Source: Epithemia pelagica (lineage: Eukaryota; Protista; Bacillariophyta). From it: 64,000 nucleotides of DNA. The notes beneath the pieces are model-generated. The model worked only from the letters and a program-made list of their open reading frames with translations. It did not search any database and was not told where the DNA came from. The DNA lies in contig OX337228.1 in NCBI GenBank assembly GCA_946965045.2, positions 558,001 to 622,000 of the forward strand. The letters are read 5' to 3'. Of this stretch, positions 23,586-35,974 are shown in pieces. The translations under genes and the position numbers were made by a program. Position 1 is the stretch's first letter. Each line of letters opens with the position of its first letter.

Positions 23586-25574
23586 ATGACAAAGAAACAG
23601 AAACTTTATCAAGAGCTTTGGAACGAGGCAGAGACACGGGGGTTGCTCACTGGTGAGATTCGTGATCTCCTTGACGATGTAGAAAATCTACATTGCAAAA
23701 TATATACATTGCGCCAGAAAATAGATATGGATCGAATAAAAGCGGAGCTCTTCCGCGTGAAAAAAGAAAAGGATCAAATAAAAGCGGAAAATGATCAAAT
23801 AGAAGCAGAGATCTTCCGCGAGAAAAAAGAAAAGGATCAACTAAACTCGCAACTGAAAGCGGAAAATGCAGCGAGAGATGATGACGAAATGGCAGACCTT
23901 CGTCGAGCGTCCCTCGAGCAAACGTACCTTGATACGAAGAAACACTTTTGGCTTCCTCCTGTGAACTTGAACGAGGCCGTAACACCCAGTGTCTTGGGAA
24001 AGTCTCGAAAAATCAACTATTATGACAAGAGTAAACAAAAACAAGTCCAAGGGCGTCTACGAATACCACAGGCCAAGATTGTGGTCCGTACAGGGCACCA
24101 TGTGCATCCAGTGGACGTTCGCATTCCCGTCCAAGTCGAAAATCAACTGATTCCAAGTATCTTGGGAGCCGAACGTTATGGCGAACCATTTGGGTTCGAT
24201 TACTACAACGAATGCGGGGTTCAATGGTTTTGCGTGAGTATGATCAAAGATGCTTGCAGATGTTTAAGCCTGCGTGACGTTCGGTCGGACACGGAGCCTT
24301 CCATCTTTTTGATCAAGCCGGACAGTGTCGTTGTGCTTCGACTCAAGGGAAAGATCGTAATGGCCATTCTCGTAAAGAGTCCGGATGTGCCGGATGGAAG
24401 CCGCAACGATAAGGTCTTTACATCGGAGAGCACGAGCGGCCAGATCTGGTCCTACTTGCTGGCAATGAGAAGCGCAGGCATCCAGCAACCCCTTGCAGCA
24501 GTCATGACGTACAACAAGATGGTTCTCGCATCATTGGACAGCTTTGAGAATGACACTGCGCATACGGAGATTTTGGAAAATGTCAAGCAAACACTTTCTA
24601 CCAACAAAGCGCCGCCTTACAGAGTGCACCAAGTTCCTGAAGAGTCCCAAGAGCAGACCGCTAGCCCAATTCGCCAGACCCTTCCAGTCTCACACGTCAA
24701 GCAAGACGCCGATGATACTGAGAAGGAGGCTTGCAGGGATAAAGAGGTGGACCGAGTTGTTTATTACTCAGAGGTGTTTGAGAATGGACATGTCTTTCCT
24801 TTTCTTCTTCAAGCCATTGAAATGGCTTACCAAAAAGTTGGGCCCATCTTTGCTACCGATATCCCACGCATTGGCCATGGTGAGTGTCTGGGAAATAGGG
24901 TTGTGTGCAAGATGGGCAAGAACTTGTTCACTTGGGTCAAGACACCTTTGTACACTATGAGGGGAAAAAAGAAGAAAGCGTTCACTGCCAATCTTCAGGA
25001 TTTTCCGGATCCTTTGTCGCAGACGTTCTATCTTTTGGGTGAACTGGGAGTTGGAATTCATGCATCGGTGATGCTTGCTTGCAATTCCAGTGGCCGCGTT
25101 TGCGCGCTAAAGTGTTACCACGTCTATCCTTCCCAATTACGCACCAACCGGGACAGAGAAGAGGACGAAAACGAGGAGATTGAGAGTCTTCGAGATGTGG
25201 CAAACGCAGAGGCAGACCGTTGGAGACTGCTCTACCAGGATCGCTTTCCTCATGTCACTGTGGTGGATCTGGCCGGACGCCCTTGTTTGGTCATGCCCTA
25301 TGGAACGCAGGTCCAGGATCGTGATTCCATCACACAAGAGTTGGAAAAAGAGTTGTATCGATTGGCCCAACGAGGCTTTCGGTATGAAAATAATTACAAT
25401 CGCTGGCGAAACGTGCTCGTCGATTCACAGGGCCAAGTATTTCTGAGTGGCTTGGGATCACTCGAAGAGCATGGAGAGGACACCACAGTGCCGGACAAGT
25501 TACAAGCCATGGTAGACAAGCAGTTGGCCATTTTGATGAAAGAGAAACAGGAGTCGCCCGTGGATTCGGTGTGA
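23586..25574 (+). CDS. Nuclease-kinase (Crinkler-like) family gene, copy 2; catalytic residues degenerate
   Basis: 662 aa: coiled coil, KPD...ILVK (E of ExK lost), kinase-like C-terminus (LGELGVG, CALK, RPCLVMPYG, NNYNRWRN, SGLG). The upstream in-frame ATG at 23517 is cut off by TAG at 23583-85, where copy 1 has GAG. Confidence 0.85.
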   Translation: MTKKQKLYQELWNEAETRGLLTGEIRDLLDDVENLHCKIYTLRQKIDMDRIKAELFRVKKEKDQIKAENDQIEAEIFREKKEKDQLNSQLKAENAARDDDEMADLRRASLEQTYLDTKKHFWLPPVNLNEAVTPSVLGKSRKINYYDKSKQKQVQGRLRIPQAKIVVRTGHHVHPVDVRIPVQVENQLIPSILGAERYGEPFGFDYYNECGVQWFCVSMIKDACRCLSLRDVRSDTEPSIFLIKPDSVVVLRLKGKIVMAILVKSPDVPDGSRNDKVFTSESTSGQIWSYLLAMRSAGIQQPLAAVMTYNKMVLASLDSFENDTAHTEILENVKQTLSTNKAPPYRVHQVPEESQEQTASPIRQTLPVSHVKQDADDTEKEACRDKEVDRVVYYSEVFENGHVFPFLLQAIEMAYQKVGPIFATDIPRIGHGECLGNRVVCKMGKNLFTWVKTPLYTMRGKKKKAFTANLQDFPDPLSQTFYLLGELGVGIHASVMLACNSSGRVCALKCYHVYPSQLRTNRDREEDENEEIESLRDVANAEADRWRLLYQDRFPHVTVVDLAGRPCLVMPYGTQVQDRDSITQELEKELYRLAQRGFRYENNYNRWRNVLVDSQGQVFLSGLGSLEEHGEDTTVPDKLQAMVDKQLAILMKEKQESPVDSV

Positions 25575-25642
25575 TTCTATCTATTCCTATGGTCCAATGA
25601 TTGGACAACCACAACAACAGGTACCAAGGTATCTCGGTTCGG

Positions 25643-25877
25643 CCCGTGAGAAGAACACTTGTGTGTGGTGTGCTGGAACACTAGACTACGGAGGAGAGCC
25701 ACGCGGAGCATTCTCTTTGTCTTATTCTATACTAGTTGATAATGTCGATAGGATCAACTTATATACTGCGGAGGTATTCCATTTACCACCAACGTGCCCG
25801 TGAGAAGAACACTGTGGTGCGCAGGAACACGACCTAGAATACAAAGGAGAGCCACGCGGAGCATTCTCTTTGTCTTA
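25643..25877 (+). repeat. ~82-bp block duplicated in tandem downstream of copy 2
   Basis: CCCGTGAGAAGAACACT...GAGCATTCTCTTTGTCTTA at 25643-25724 and 25797-25877. A single homologous block lies downstream of copy 3 (~41210-41290, reverse strand). Confidence 0.8.
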
Positions 25878-26510
25878 TATACTAATCGGTAGAAGAATGG
25901 ATACGATCCACTATTCCGTTTCTCGGGAAGAGACTCACCATGCTGTTGCGTCGCGGAATAGTTTCGTTGTCGCGTCTTGGTACTGAACCACCAAAGAAGG
26001 TCTTTTGGACAGCGTTTCTCCTCGTCCTCTCCATCACACAACAAAACCGCGCCTCTTCTACTTAGTTGGACCCGGCCCATCCCTTTTTGCCAGGAACCAT
26101 CCGGAATCCGGAATGGTTTCCATTCCTCCACGACGTTGCGTTGGTGGCATTCACACACACTAGTAGGAGAAGGAGATGCGGTAAAACTGCAATAGAGCAC
26201 AGCTATTAATAGGATGCACATCCTCCAAAACGTACAACCGGCACTCGGAATAAAGCATACGGGAGTCCAGAACGCGACTGCGATGCGTCCCAGTCCTGGA
26301 ACGACTGATTTGTGTCTCGAATTCTTGTGGCGTGCCCGCGTGTACGGCCATCCAAGCCAGCGTCGCCCAACGACCCAATCACACGTGTGGTTGTCGTGTG
26401 TATGTTGGTCCACGGGAGAGCGACGGTCGGTATACTACTCATATTGTATCAATAAGGATATACAAGATGGATATATCATATCATTACGAGCGTATCTGCT
26501 ATTGTTACCT

Positions 26511-26628
26511 TACCCCCAAGCATGGGGTGAGTCCAATCACGCGTGATTGAATGCACTTCGTGCATTGAGTTGACTAAGGGAATGCACATAAAAAGTGCGA
26601 CTGACCAGTCGCCCCATGCTTGGGGGTA
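26511..26628. mobile_element. 118-bp MITE with 10-bp target-site duplication (Mutator-like TSD length)
   Basis: TIR TACCCCCAAGCATGGGG(T/C)GA, 19/20 identical. Direct repeat ATTGTTACCT at 26501-26510 and 26629-26638. Confidence 0.88.
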
Positions 26629-27095
26629 ATTGTTACCTGTAACTGAAGAGAATAATATGGATATTGAATATTGCTCTTCCAGATTCCTATATTATGACAC
26701 GGCTCTGTACCATATATACATGTGGGATTCAATCTTGTAGGTGCACGAATCGTCCTCTCCGTCCCAACGATGCCAAAACAAGTTCCAATCCTCAAACGAC
26801 TCGACGACGAGATCTCCATCTGAGAAGATTACTGTGGTGAGCTTATTTCTACAACACCACCATCTATTTCTGGTTCATCCTTCTCCTCCTCATCGTGATC
26901 TGCATGGAACAGCAGTAGTAGGAACCATTATTACCCACGAAAAAGGCTTGAGTTTCCAATCGAAAAAAGCCACTCTTCTTCCAAACTTGTGTGTGTGTGT
27001 GTGTGACAGTTTGGGAAGCAATACGAACAGAGGGGTGTGTGTGTTCCCACTATATATCTCTCTCTACGAATCATTACAAAAGGCACACGAGGATC

Positions 27096-30000
27096 ATGCC
27101 ACGGTCGTCGCTCCTCCTCCTCCTCCTTTGGGTGGTGTCGTGTTTCCCGAATGCTGGTTCGGCCGGTACGCAAGTTTCCTTGGGATTGGACCATACCGTC
27201 GATGGCAGCGATACGAATAGTCCCTGGTCGCCCCGCGAAATTTTGGTCACTCTGTTTCAGCAAACGGGGGGTCTCTCGGCGTGGCACACTGCTCAGGGCT
27301 GGTCCAGTAATACGGGCAATGTGTGTGACTGGTATGGCATTACGTGCTATCCCGAAAATGATGCCACCATTCCGTCGGATCGGTGGGGACACGTGCAATC
27401 CCTCGTGTTGACGGCCAATGGGTTGCAGGGCACGACGCCGCCCCATCTTTGGCAATTGCCCTATTTGCAACAGGTGGCACTGGATTCCAATGCCGGCTTG
27501 ACGGTCGATACCAGTCAAGTGTCCAACGCCCAACATTTGCAACGCTTGGCCGTCAATGTCGATGCCTTGTCCGATTGGACGACCCTAACGACTCTGGCAC
27601 CGTCCTTGCAAGACTTGACGTTGACGCCGCCCACGACCGATCCCGGTATCACGGGCATGGCCGTGCCATCCCAATTGTTTGACTTGACGCAATTGACGAG
27701 TTTGCAAGCCGACGATTGTCGCTTGACGGGAAGCCTATCGTCCAGCAGTCGTCCAGCAGGAGTGGGAGTGGCCCAATGGGAGCACTTGCAATACTTGAAT
27801 TTGAATCGCAACATGCTCCAAGGTGCCCTGCCGGCCGAATTGGGCTTGCTCGTCAACTTGCAAGCCTTGCACTTGGGACACAATCATTTTAGTGGACCCC
27901 TTCCGCACGACGAATTGAATCAATTGACCAAGTTGCAAGTCTTGGACCTGAGCCGAACGGCCGACGAACAAGCCGCGGCGCGTCCCCAATTGGGCTTGGT
28001 CGGACCCGTTCCCTCTTTGCACTTGTCCTCGAATTTGCGTCGCGTCGATTTGCAACATCAAGATTTGGATCACAGCCTTCCTGCCGATTTTTTGCTCAGT
28101 GTGCCCAGCGATCAAGCCATTACGGTGGATTTGCGGGGCAATCAATTGACGGGCACCAGTTTGCCACCGTTGCTCTTGACCAAGACGCAGTTGGACTTGT
28201 ACTTGGCCGACAATCGCTACAGTAGTTTGCCGGCGCAATTGTGCCACGATGCGCCGCCGACCTGGTTGAATGGGCAAGTCCAACAATTTGAGGATTGTCG
28301 TGGATTGCTGTGTCCCGTTGGAACCTTTGCCTCCAATCCCGAAGGACGACAAGTCAGTGCCACGCAACCCTGTCAACCGTGTCCCTCGGCGCAATTTGTG
28401 GGACAAACCACATGTGCCACCACCGCCACGGGTCAAGTCCACGAAGGGACCATTTTGCAAGCCTTGGTCCAAGCCACACAAGGCATCCATTGGAAGCAAT
28501 CGCACGGATGGCTCGGTACTCGGGGAGACGGCGGTACCACCATTCCCTCGGCGCAAGAGTATTGCACGTGGCATGGCATTACCTGTGAGTCCCATCACGT
28601 GGTGGAACTCCGATTGCCCAACAATGACTTGGTGGGGACCCTTCCTCCGTCCGTCTTTTCGTTGCCCAAGTTGCGCGTCTTGGATGTGAGTGGCAATGCC
28701 GTACGGCTCACGGGACAAGGTGTCGAACAAGCGACGCAATTAATTGTCTTGGATTTGACCCACACGGAGTTTGCCGCCACCAACAATGCTGCTGCCGTGT
28801 CGACCCTCTTGACGGGCTTGCAACAAGCCACCAATCTTCAAGTCTTGCGATTGGGATCCAATCAGTTGCAGGCGTCGACCTTGCCTCCGCAAGTGTACCA
28901 ATTGTCCTCCTTGCACGAATTGGACGTGTCCCACAATGACTATGGCGGATCGCTGAGTGCCACCAGTATTGGCAATTGGGGCCAATTGCGCACCTTGTAT
29001 TTGCAAGGCAATCAATTGACGGGTCCCATTCCAACCCAAGTGGGACACTTGCGCCAATTGCAAGAATGGAACGTGGCGGAAAACCAATTGACGGGCAATC
29101 TTCCCACTCAATTCAATACCTGTTGGGACCTGCAAGTCTTGAATGTCCGCAACAATGCCGTGACGGGAACCTTGCCCGCCTGGCCCTCCTTGGTCAACTT
29201 GATGGAACTCAATGTCGCCCACAATGCCCTTACGGGCCCCTTGCCCGACAATTTCTTGCAAGCCGTCACGTCTGCCAGTAGTCGTCGCAAAGTGGTGTTG
29301 GCTCACAATCAATTGACGGGTGCCATTCCCACTGCGTGGAGTGTCCGCTTTTCCAATCTCTTTTTGGATGTGACGGACAATGACATTACCCGAATCTTTA
29401 GCAACAATAATGATTGTTCGGGGACACTGCAATGGATGGATGGATTGGTGGCCACGTATGGATGCGACGCCCTTTTGTGTCCCCGAGGAACGTTTAGTAC
29501 CATGGGTCGTCAAACCGATGCGGATCATGCCTGTCTCTCGTGTCCCAGTGCCACTGCCATGGGGAGCACGTCCTGTGCGTCTGACGGTGACAACGACAAG
29601 GACCCGAATGACTCCCGCAAGGCTCGAGAATTGGAGATTTTGACCGCCTTGTATCAAGCCACTCACGGAGAAGATTGGATCCGCAACGATGGATGGACTG
29701 TCACGGCCAATTATTGTACCTGGTATGGCATTACGTGCGATCCCGTCCACCAGTGGTCCGTGGAATCCATTGCACTGCCCCACAATGGTCTTACGGGGAC
29801 ACCACCCTCGTCGCTGTGGGAATTGCCGGCGCTGGGGGAAGTGGATTTGAGTGGCAATCCGCTCGAGTTTACCTTTGCCGGCATTGGTCAGGCCCAAAAT
29901 TTGGTCTTGTTGGATTTGTCCTCCACCAATCTCGATTCGGTGGTGGGCCTCGATGCCCTTCCCAGTGCTCTCTTGGAATTGAACCTGAATGACAATCGCT

Positions 30001-33000
30001 TGTCCGGTGTCTTTCCACGACAAATCTTGTCCCTTCATGATTCCCTCCGAAAATTATCCTTGAATTCCAATCAATTGTCGGGCTTTTTACCCGGCGACGA
30101 TTTGGCGCAATTTCACTTTTTGCAAGAATTGTTCTTGTTTGACAATCAATTGGAAGGACCGCTCCCGGGAGCCTTGGGTCAATTGGGCAGTCTCGTCTAT
30201 CTGGGTTTGTCTGGCAATCAATGGACGGGACAGATTCCCCCGCAGTGGAATAATTTGCGACGACTCGAAACCTTGGCGTTGCAAGGCAATACCGAACGCG
30301 GGTCGGGACGTGGTTTGACGGGCCACGTGCCATCCTTTCAAGATTTGCCCAATCTCAAACAAGTCTATTTGGGCTTTCATTCCCTGATTGGAACCATTCC
30401 CGAAAACTTTATGGGTTCCGTCTCGGATCTGGGTGCGCCCATTACCATTGATCTGTCCAACAATCGTCTCACGGGTAGTCTGCCACCCGCCTTGGCTCGA
30501 TTTGAGAGTTTGGAATTGTATGCTTCGGACAATGAATTCACCGAGCCCATTGCGACGGGAATTTGTCGTCAATCGGGATGGATGAGAGCTCAAGTGGGAG
30601 AATACGGATGTCAAGCCATTTTGTGTCCACCCAATACCTTTCAAACCAGTCAAGGTCGACAAATGGGATTCAGCAACGCCTTACAGTGCCAACCCTGTCC
30701 AACGGGACAAACTGCCGAATTCTACGGCTCCACGTCCTGCTTGTCGGCGCAAGAACAGGCCCAACGAGATCAACGACGGGCACTCGAAGATTTGTACTGG
30801 AATACCAATGGGGATCATTGGGTCGACCGAGGTGGATGGATGGACCCCGATGTCTCGATTTGTGACTGGCACGGAGTGGATTGTAAAGATTCATCCGTTC
30901 AGTCGATTCAGTTGATCCACAATGGTCTCGAAGGAAATCTTCCCGAAACATTTTTTGCGGCACTGCCGAATCTCGTGGAACTCGACTTGTCCTGGAACGA
31001 GAATATGCAATTGTCCTTTCATGGTCCGGACCTAGCGGAAGCCCGATCCTTGCAATTTTTGAATTTGGATTATACCGGCTTGACTTCGGTGGCCGGTCTG
31101 CAAACGGCACCTACGTTGGAACTTCTTCGCTTGGTGGGCAACCAATTTGGAAGCGGCGTCTTTCCAACACAAGTATTGCAAATCCCCAATTTGCAAGCCT
31201 TGTATCTGTCCAACAATGACATTGGCACGGCCCTACCTACCTCTGGATGGTCTACTGGCTTTGTCGGGTTGGAATGCAAAGGCTGCAATTTGCAAGGTCC
31301 ATTCCCAAGCTTTTTGGGAACATTGGTCAATTTGGAGTACTTGTACGTTATACTTTCCGTGTTGACTTGTCATTCAGAACTGTTGGAATTCATGTCTTAC
31401 ACGTCCTCATTCTTTGTGTTGTGAACAGAAACCTGGCCGACAATTTCTTGACGGGGAACGTCGCTGTCGCTCTGAATGCTATGACGCAAATGAAAGTGTT
31501 GGATCTATCCAATCAAGCAAACGCTGGAAACCCAGGACTGGGGGGTAATCTTCCCTCCTTTGCGTCGGCACCGGAACTCCGCGAAGTCTACCTTCACAAC
31601 AACGGCTTTTCGAGTGCGATTCCCAGCGACTTTTTGGCGTCCGTATTGGACGGATCAATCAAGGTTGACCTTCGATTCAATGCGCTCACCGGTGTCGTTC
31701 CAGGAAATCTGGCTCGGTTTGCCACCGCGGAGTTCTACGCGGCAGGAAATCAGTTGACTCAAGTCGACCCCAGCCTTTGTGGTCTGAACTGGAACAATCG
31801 CCCTCAAGGTGCGAACGATTGTGACTACATTATGTGTGGTGCGAACGAATACAGCGGACTTGGACTTGCCACTCCGACGTTGCCCTGTGAGCCGTGCAAT
31901 GACGGCACTGCTACAAACACTCTGATTGGACGCACGTTTTGCATCCCCGGGGAACGAGAAATCCTCCTGGAGCTATATTCTGCGTTAGGCGGAAGTCAAT
32001 GGACACATCAGGACGGATGGGAGGTTGGTGCTGATGATGTCTGTTCTTGGTACGGCGTGAAATGCCATGTTGGTTCTCTTCGGCAGGGCACGATTGAGGA
32101 ACTTGATCTCAGCGACAACAACTTGAAAGGAACATTACCAGATCGCATTTGGGTGTTGACTGAGCTTTTGAGCCTAGATTTGTCCGACAATGACATTGTT
32201 GTGAACTCGTTTTCAAGAGTGGGAGAGGCATCCTCCCTCGTGAAACTGAACCTTTCGCGGAATACTGTTTCGTCGTTGTCAGGGATTGGCGCTGCGACAT
32301 CCCTCATTTCTTTCCGTTGTTCCAACTGCAAAATCACCGGTCCCATGCCAAGTGAAATGACCAATCTGCGTGTTCTAGAGGAGTTGTTTTTGAACTCGAA
32401 TGAAATGACTGGCCCATTGCCCACAAATATGAATTTGTGGACCCAGATGAAAGAACTTCATTTGAAAGATAACAGTTTCAACGGCACAATTCCTAATACG
32501 CTTGCGTCGTTGTCGTTTGTTGAAGTAATTGACTTGGGAAGGAACAAACTTCACGGTGCCCTCCCTTCCGATATCAGCTTCTTGGCAAACTTACGGGTGT
32601 TGGCCATTGACCATGAACGACCGGAATTTACACCGCTATTTGGACTTGTTGAGTCTGGTGTCATTGGCAATCTGCCCTCATTCAGTCATAATCCAAATCT
32701 TCGAGAACTATACCTCAGCTACAACCACATTGACGGTGAAATTCCTGGAGATTTCCTGAATGCGGTGGACAAGAAGGCAACTATTATTGTGGATTTAGAA
32801 TCGGTACGTGTCTTCAAATGCGTGGAATGTCCTGCTTACGAACTATGCCATACTAACATTTGGTACCTATACTCTCTCCCAAATTGCTTATTCGAATTCA
32901 GAACAATATTATCAAGGAAGTTCCTGCAGCATTAGCCCGATTTGATGATCTACGCATTTATCTTGGAAACAACCGCATTGACGGCATTCCAGATGAAATT

Positions 33001-35319
33001 TGCGCCAAAAAACAATGGATGGATGGACTGGTTGGATCTGGTTGTGACGCCATGCTTTGCCCTGTTGGTACCTACAGCACTTTGGGGCGAAGGACGCAGG
33101 CAGAAGAATGCCGAGTATGCGATCACGACACCATGACAAATCTGTACCTGGGAAGCACCAGCTGTCGCGCTGTGTTCCCTGAGTTCCGGGAAGACCGAAG
33201 CATGTTGGAAGAACTCTACAAGCTTGCAAATGGAGATGGCTGGATCAACAGGGCAAACTGGAATAGTGGTTCTTCCATTTGCAACTGGTTCGGCGTAACA
33301 TGTGACAGCGTGAACCAAGACAGAGTTGCTGAGATTGCACTTCCATCCAACAATCTCGATGGTAGTCTGGGTTCAATTGTTTTCTATTTGCCACGATTGC
33401 GTAAGGTCGACGTTTCGGGGAACAATATCAAAGTGACGTTCCGTGACATTGGAGATGCAAATCTACTTGAATCTGTGAACGTCAAAGCCATTGCTTCTGC
33501 GGAGCTCGACGGCCTTCGAAACTCACCGAACTTGAAGGAACTGAAGTTGAGCGACAATTCGTTCTATGGAAAGACCTTCCCCGAAGATTTCTATGAGCTT
33601 TCTGGACTGCAAGTGTTGGAAATTGACAATACTGGATTTTCGGGATCATTGGTAGCATCAGGGCTCGCTCAGCTCTCCAATCTTGTAACGTTCAATGCCA
33701 GTTACAATGACTTGGAGGGCACCATCCCTGATGTATATAACAATTTTGACTCTCTCGAGGTCCTGGACCTTGCCGGAAACCACTTTCATGGCCTAATACC
33801 AACGAGCTTGGAACGCGCCAGATCCTTGCAGTTTTTGGATTTGAGTGGGCCTGAGACGAGTGGCGCCACTGGTTTGAGTGGACCCATGCCCGCTTTTGCA
33901 AATTGTCCATCCTTGGTCCATATCGATTTGGGAGCCAACTCGCTGACCGGAACTGTTCCTTCTGATTTGCTGGAAAGCGTTGCCATTTCCATGAACACAG
34001 AAGTAACCATTCTTTTGGATTCAAACATTTTGCATGGCAACTTTCCGAGCGACGTGAGCGATCGATTTAGAAGTCTCAACATTGACCTGGTGGACAATGA
34101 GTTTGAGTCTCTGCCAGCAAGTCTCTGTGCCAAAAGCGAGTTTGGATGCCAAGGAATATTGTGTCCCCAAGGCACATTCAATGAGGACGGTCGACAGACA
34201 TCTGCGGAAAACAAGTGCCGTGATTGTCCCGGTGAAACCAGCAATGCCATGGGTCAAACGTCTTGTCCCTCCATTGAAAAGGCCCGAAATAGAAAGATTC
34301 TTGAAAAACTCTACGAACAGACTGGCGGACCCAACTGGAAGAACCAAGAAGGCTGGTTTACCAACCCAGACATTTGTAATTGGTACGGTATCACATGCCG
34401 GGACAATGCATTTGTGGAAACCATCAATCTTGCTAGTAACAATTTGGTCAACACGCCGCCAAAGGAACTTTTTGAAATTGGAGGGCTCCGGAAATTGTGG
34501 TTGTATTCCAATCCCATGAATTTCAACTTTGAGGGCATTGAAAATGCCAAACTGTTAGAGAACCTACAGCTCGATGCCACCCATCTCAAGTCCTTGGAGG
34601 GCATTGGAAAAGCCCCGGCGCTCAAGCACCTGAATGTTGGCTCCAACGGCTTGCAGGGTACACTCCCCACGGATGAATTCGACCAACTCACGACGCTGGA
34701 AGAACTGCTGATTTCGGAAAACAAGTTTTTTGGTCAACTTCCACATTTCATGAACAATCGCAAGTTGACAACCTTGCTGGCCAGTGGCAATGCCTTTGTG
34801 GGCCCATTGCCAGCCTTTGACGTGCATCCCATGATTAAAAAAATTGACGTGGCGCATAACCAACTGTTTGGAATGGTACCCAACAACTTTTTGCAAGTCG
34901 CAGATACGACGAACCGAATGTTGGTCGATATCTCACACAATCGATTGCAAGGCAATCTACCAGGCTTTTTGACCCGATTTCCGGACATGACCCTGTACGC
35001 TCAGGGCAACCAATTCACGGGTTTGGATCGCAAGCTTTGTGAAATGGACCAATGGAACGGAGGCAGTGTGGGACTGTTTGAATGCGACGCTCTCTTGTGT
35101 CCACCGCAATCCTTTGCCCCACAAGGACGAGCTTCGGCCGAACAAGGAGACTGCGAACCCTGTCCCAATGCCAAGGATGCTCCCTTTTATGGCCATACGA
35201 CGTGTGGAGGCGTTAGCAGCTCGGCATCGACAAACAGCACACGTCCTTGTTGGTTGTGGGTATGGATGGTCCTGACCACCATGACGGTCGTGTGGCTCGT
35301 CCAAGGTGACGACTACTAG
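27096..35319 (+). CDS. Giant secreted/membrane-anchored leucine-rich-repeat protein (~2,679 aa, three exons) built from seven capped LRR modules
   Basis: ATG 27096 with signal peptide MPRSSLLLLLLWVVSCFPNAGSA. Introns 31343-31428 and 32804-32901 (GTACGT...CAG) join the three ORFs in frame (EYL|NLADN, DLES|NNII). Plant-type LxxLxLxxNxLxGxIP repeats; hydrophobic C-terminus; no kinase domain. Confidence 0.92.
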
Positions 35320-35974
35320 AGGAGCTGGTGATGATGATGCATGGGGCAGCTACCTATTTTTTATTATATGGTGAACGTGTATGCATATTAGGAAAAGAAA
35401 CACTGCGAGGGGGTCTGTTTGCGATGGAACGCGGCCTCATGGCAGCTACATGTAGTACGATATATACATAAATGTATAGAGAGAGAACGAAGTTAGCTTC
35501 ACAGCAATGTGTATTCGCCGCTTTTGAAGACCAATGCCGCTTTTCCAGTACTCTATCTCTATGTAGAGCCATGATGTCGATAGCGGGATAGGTGAGAAGG
35601 GTCTTCCTAGCTCTTTTTCCAGTCGAGCGAATAACACGCGACTTCAACCATACTTCCTAACGTTCTCATGGTTGCATTTCATTCTCACTTCTTCACGATG
35701 GGGAGTCCTTCAGAGTTGTCGGTTCGCGCATTCTTTGGGTATCCTCGTCCATCGTCGTCATTGTGAAAACAGAAAACAGGGAGAGAGACTCCCTTGTTGT
35801 TGTTGAGAAGAGAGAGACAAAAGAGAGCAAGACAGAGAGGACGGATTTCCCACACTGTGCTTGAATCCTTGACCCATACAACAAGACGAAGAATCAAGAG
35901 TCTTTGTCCAAGACTCTACGAACCAACGTTCCATTCATTCCTCACGATCCAAACCACCACAATCACCAACCAAA

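Noticed and set aside
25643-25690. Helitron-like 3' end (hairpin + CTAG) after nuclease-kinase copy 2
   Set aside because: The stem is only 4-5 bp, and homology between copies continues ~300 bp past the CTAG.
26403-26769. Possible solo LTR (TGTTGG...CCAACG)
   Set aside because: The right end is not CA, the 5-bp flanks (GTGTA vs ATGCC) do not match, and there is no second copy, PBS or PPT.
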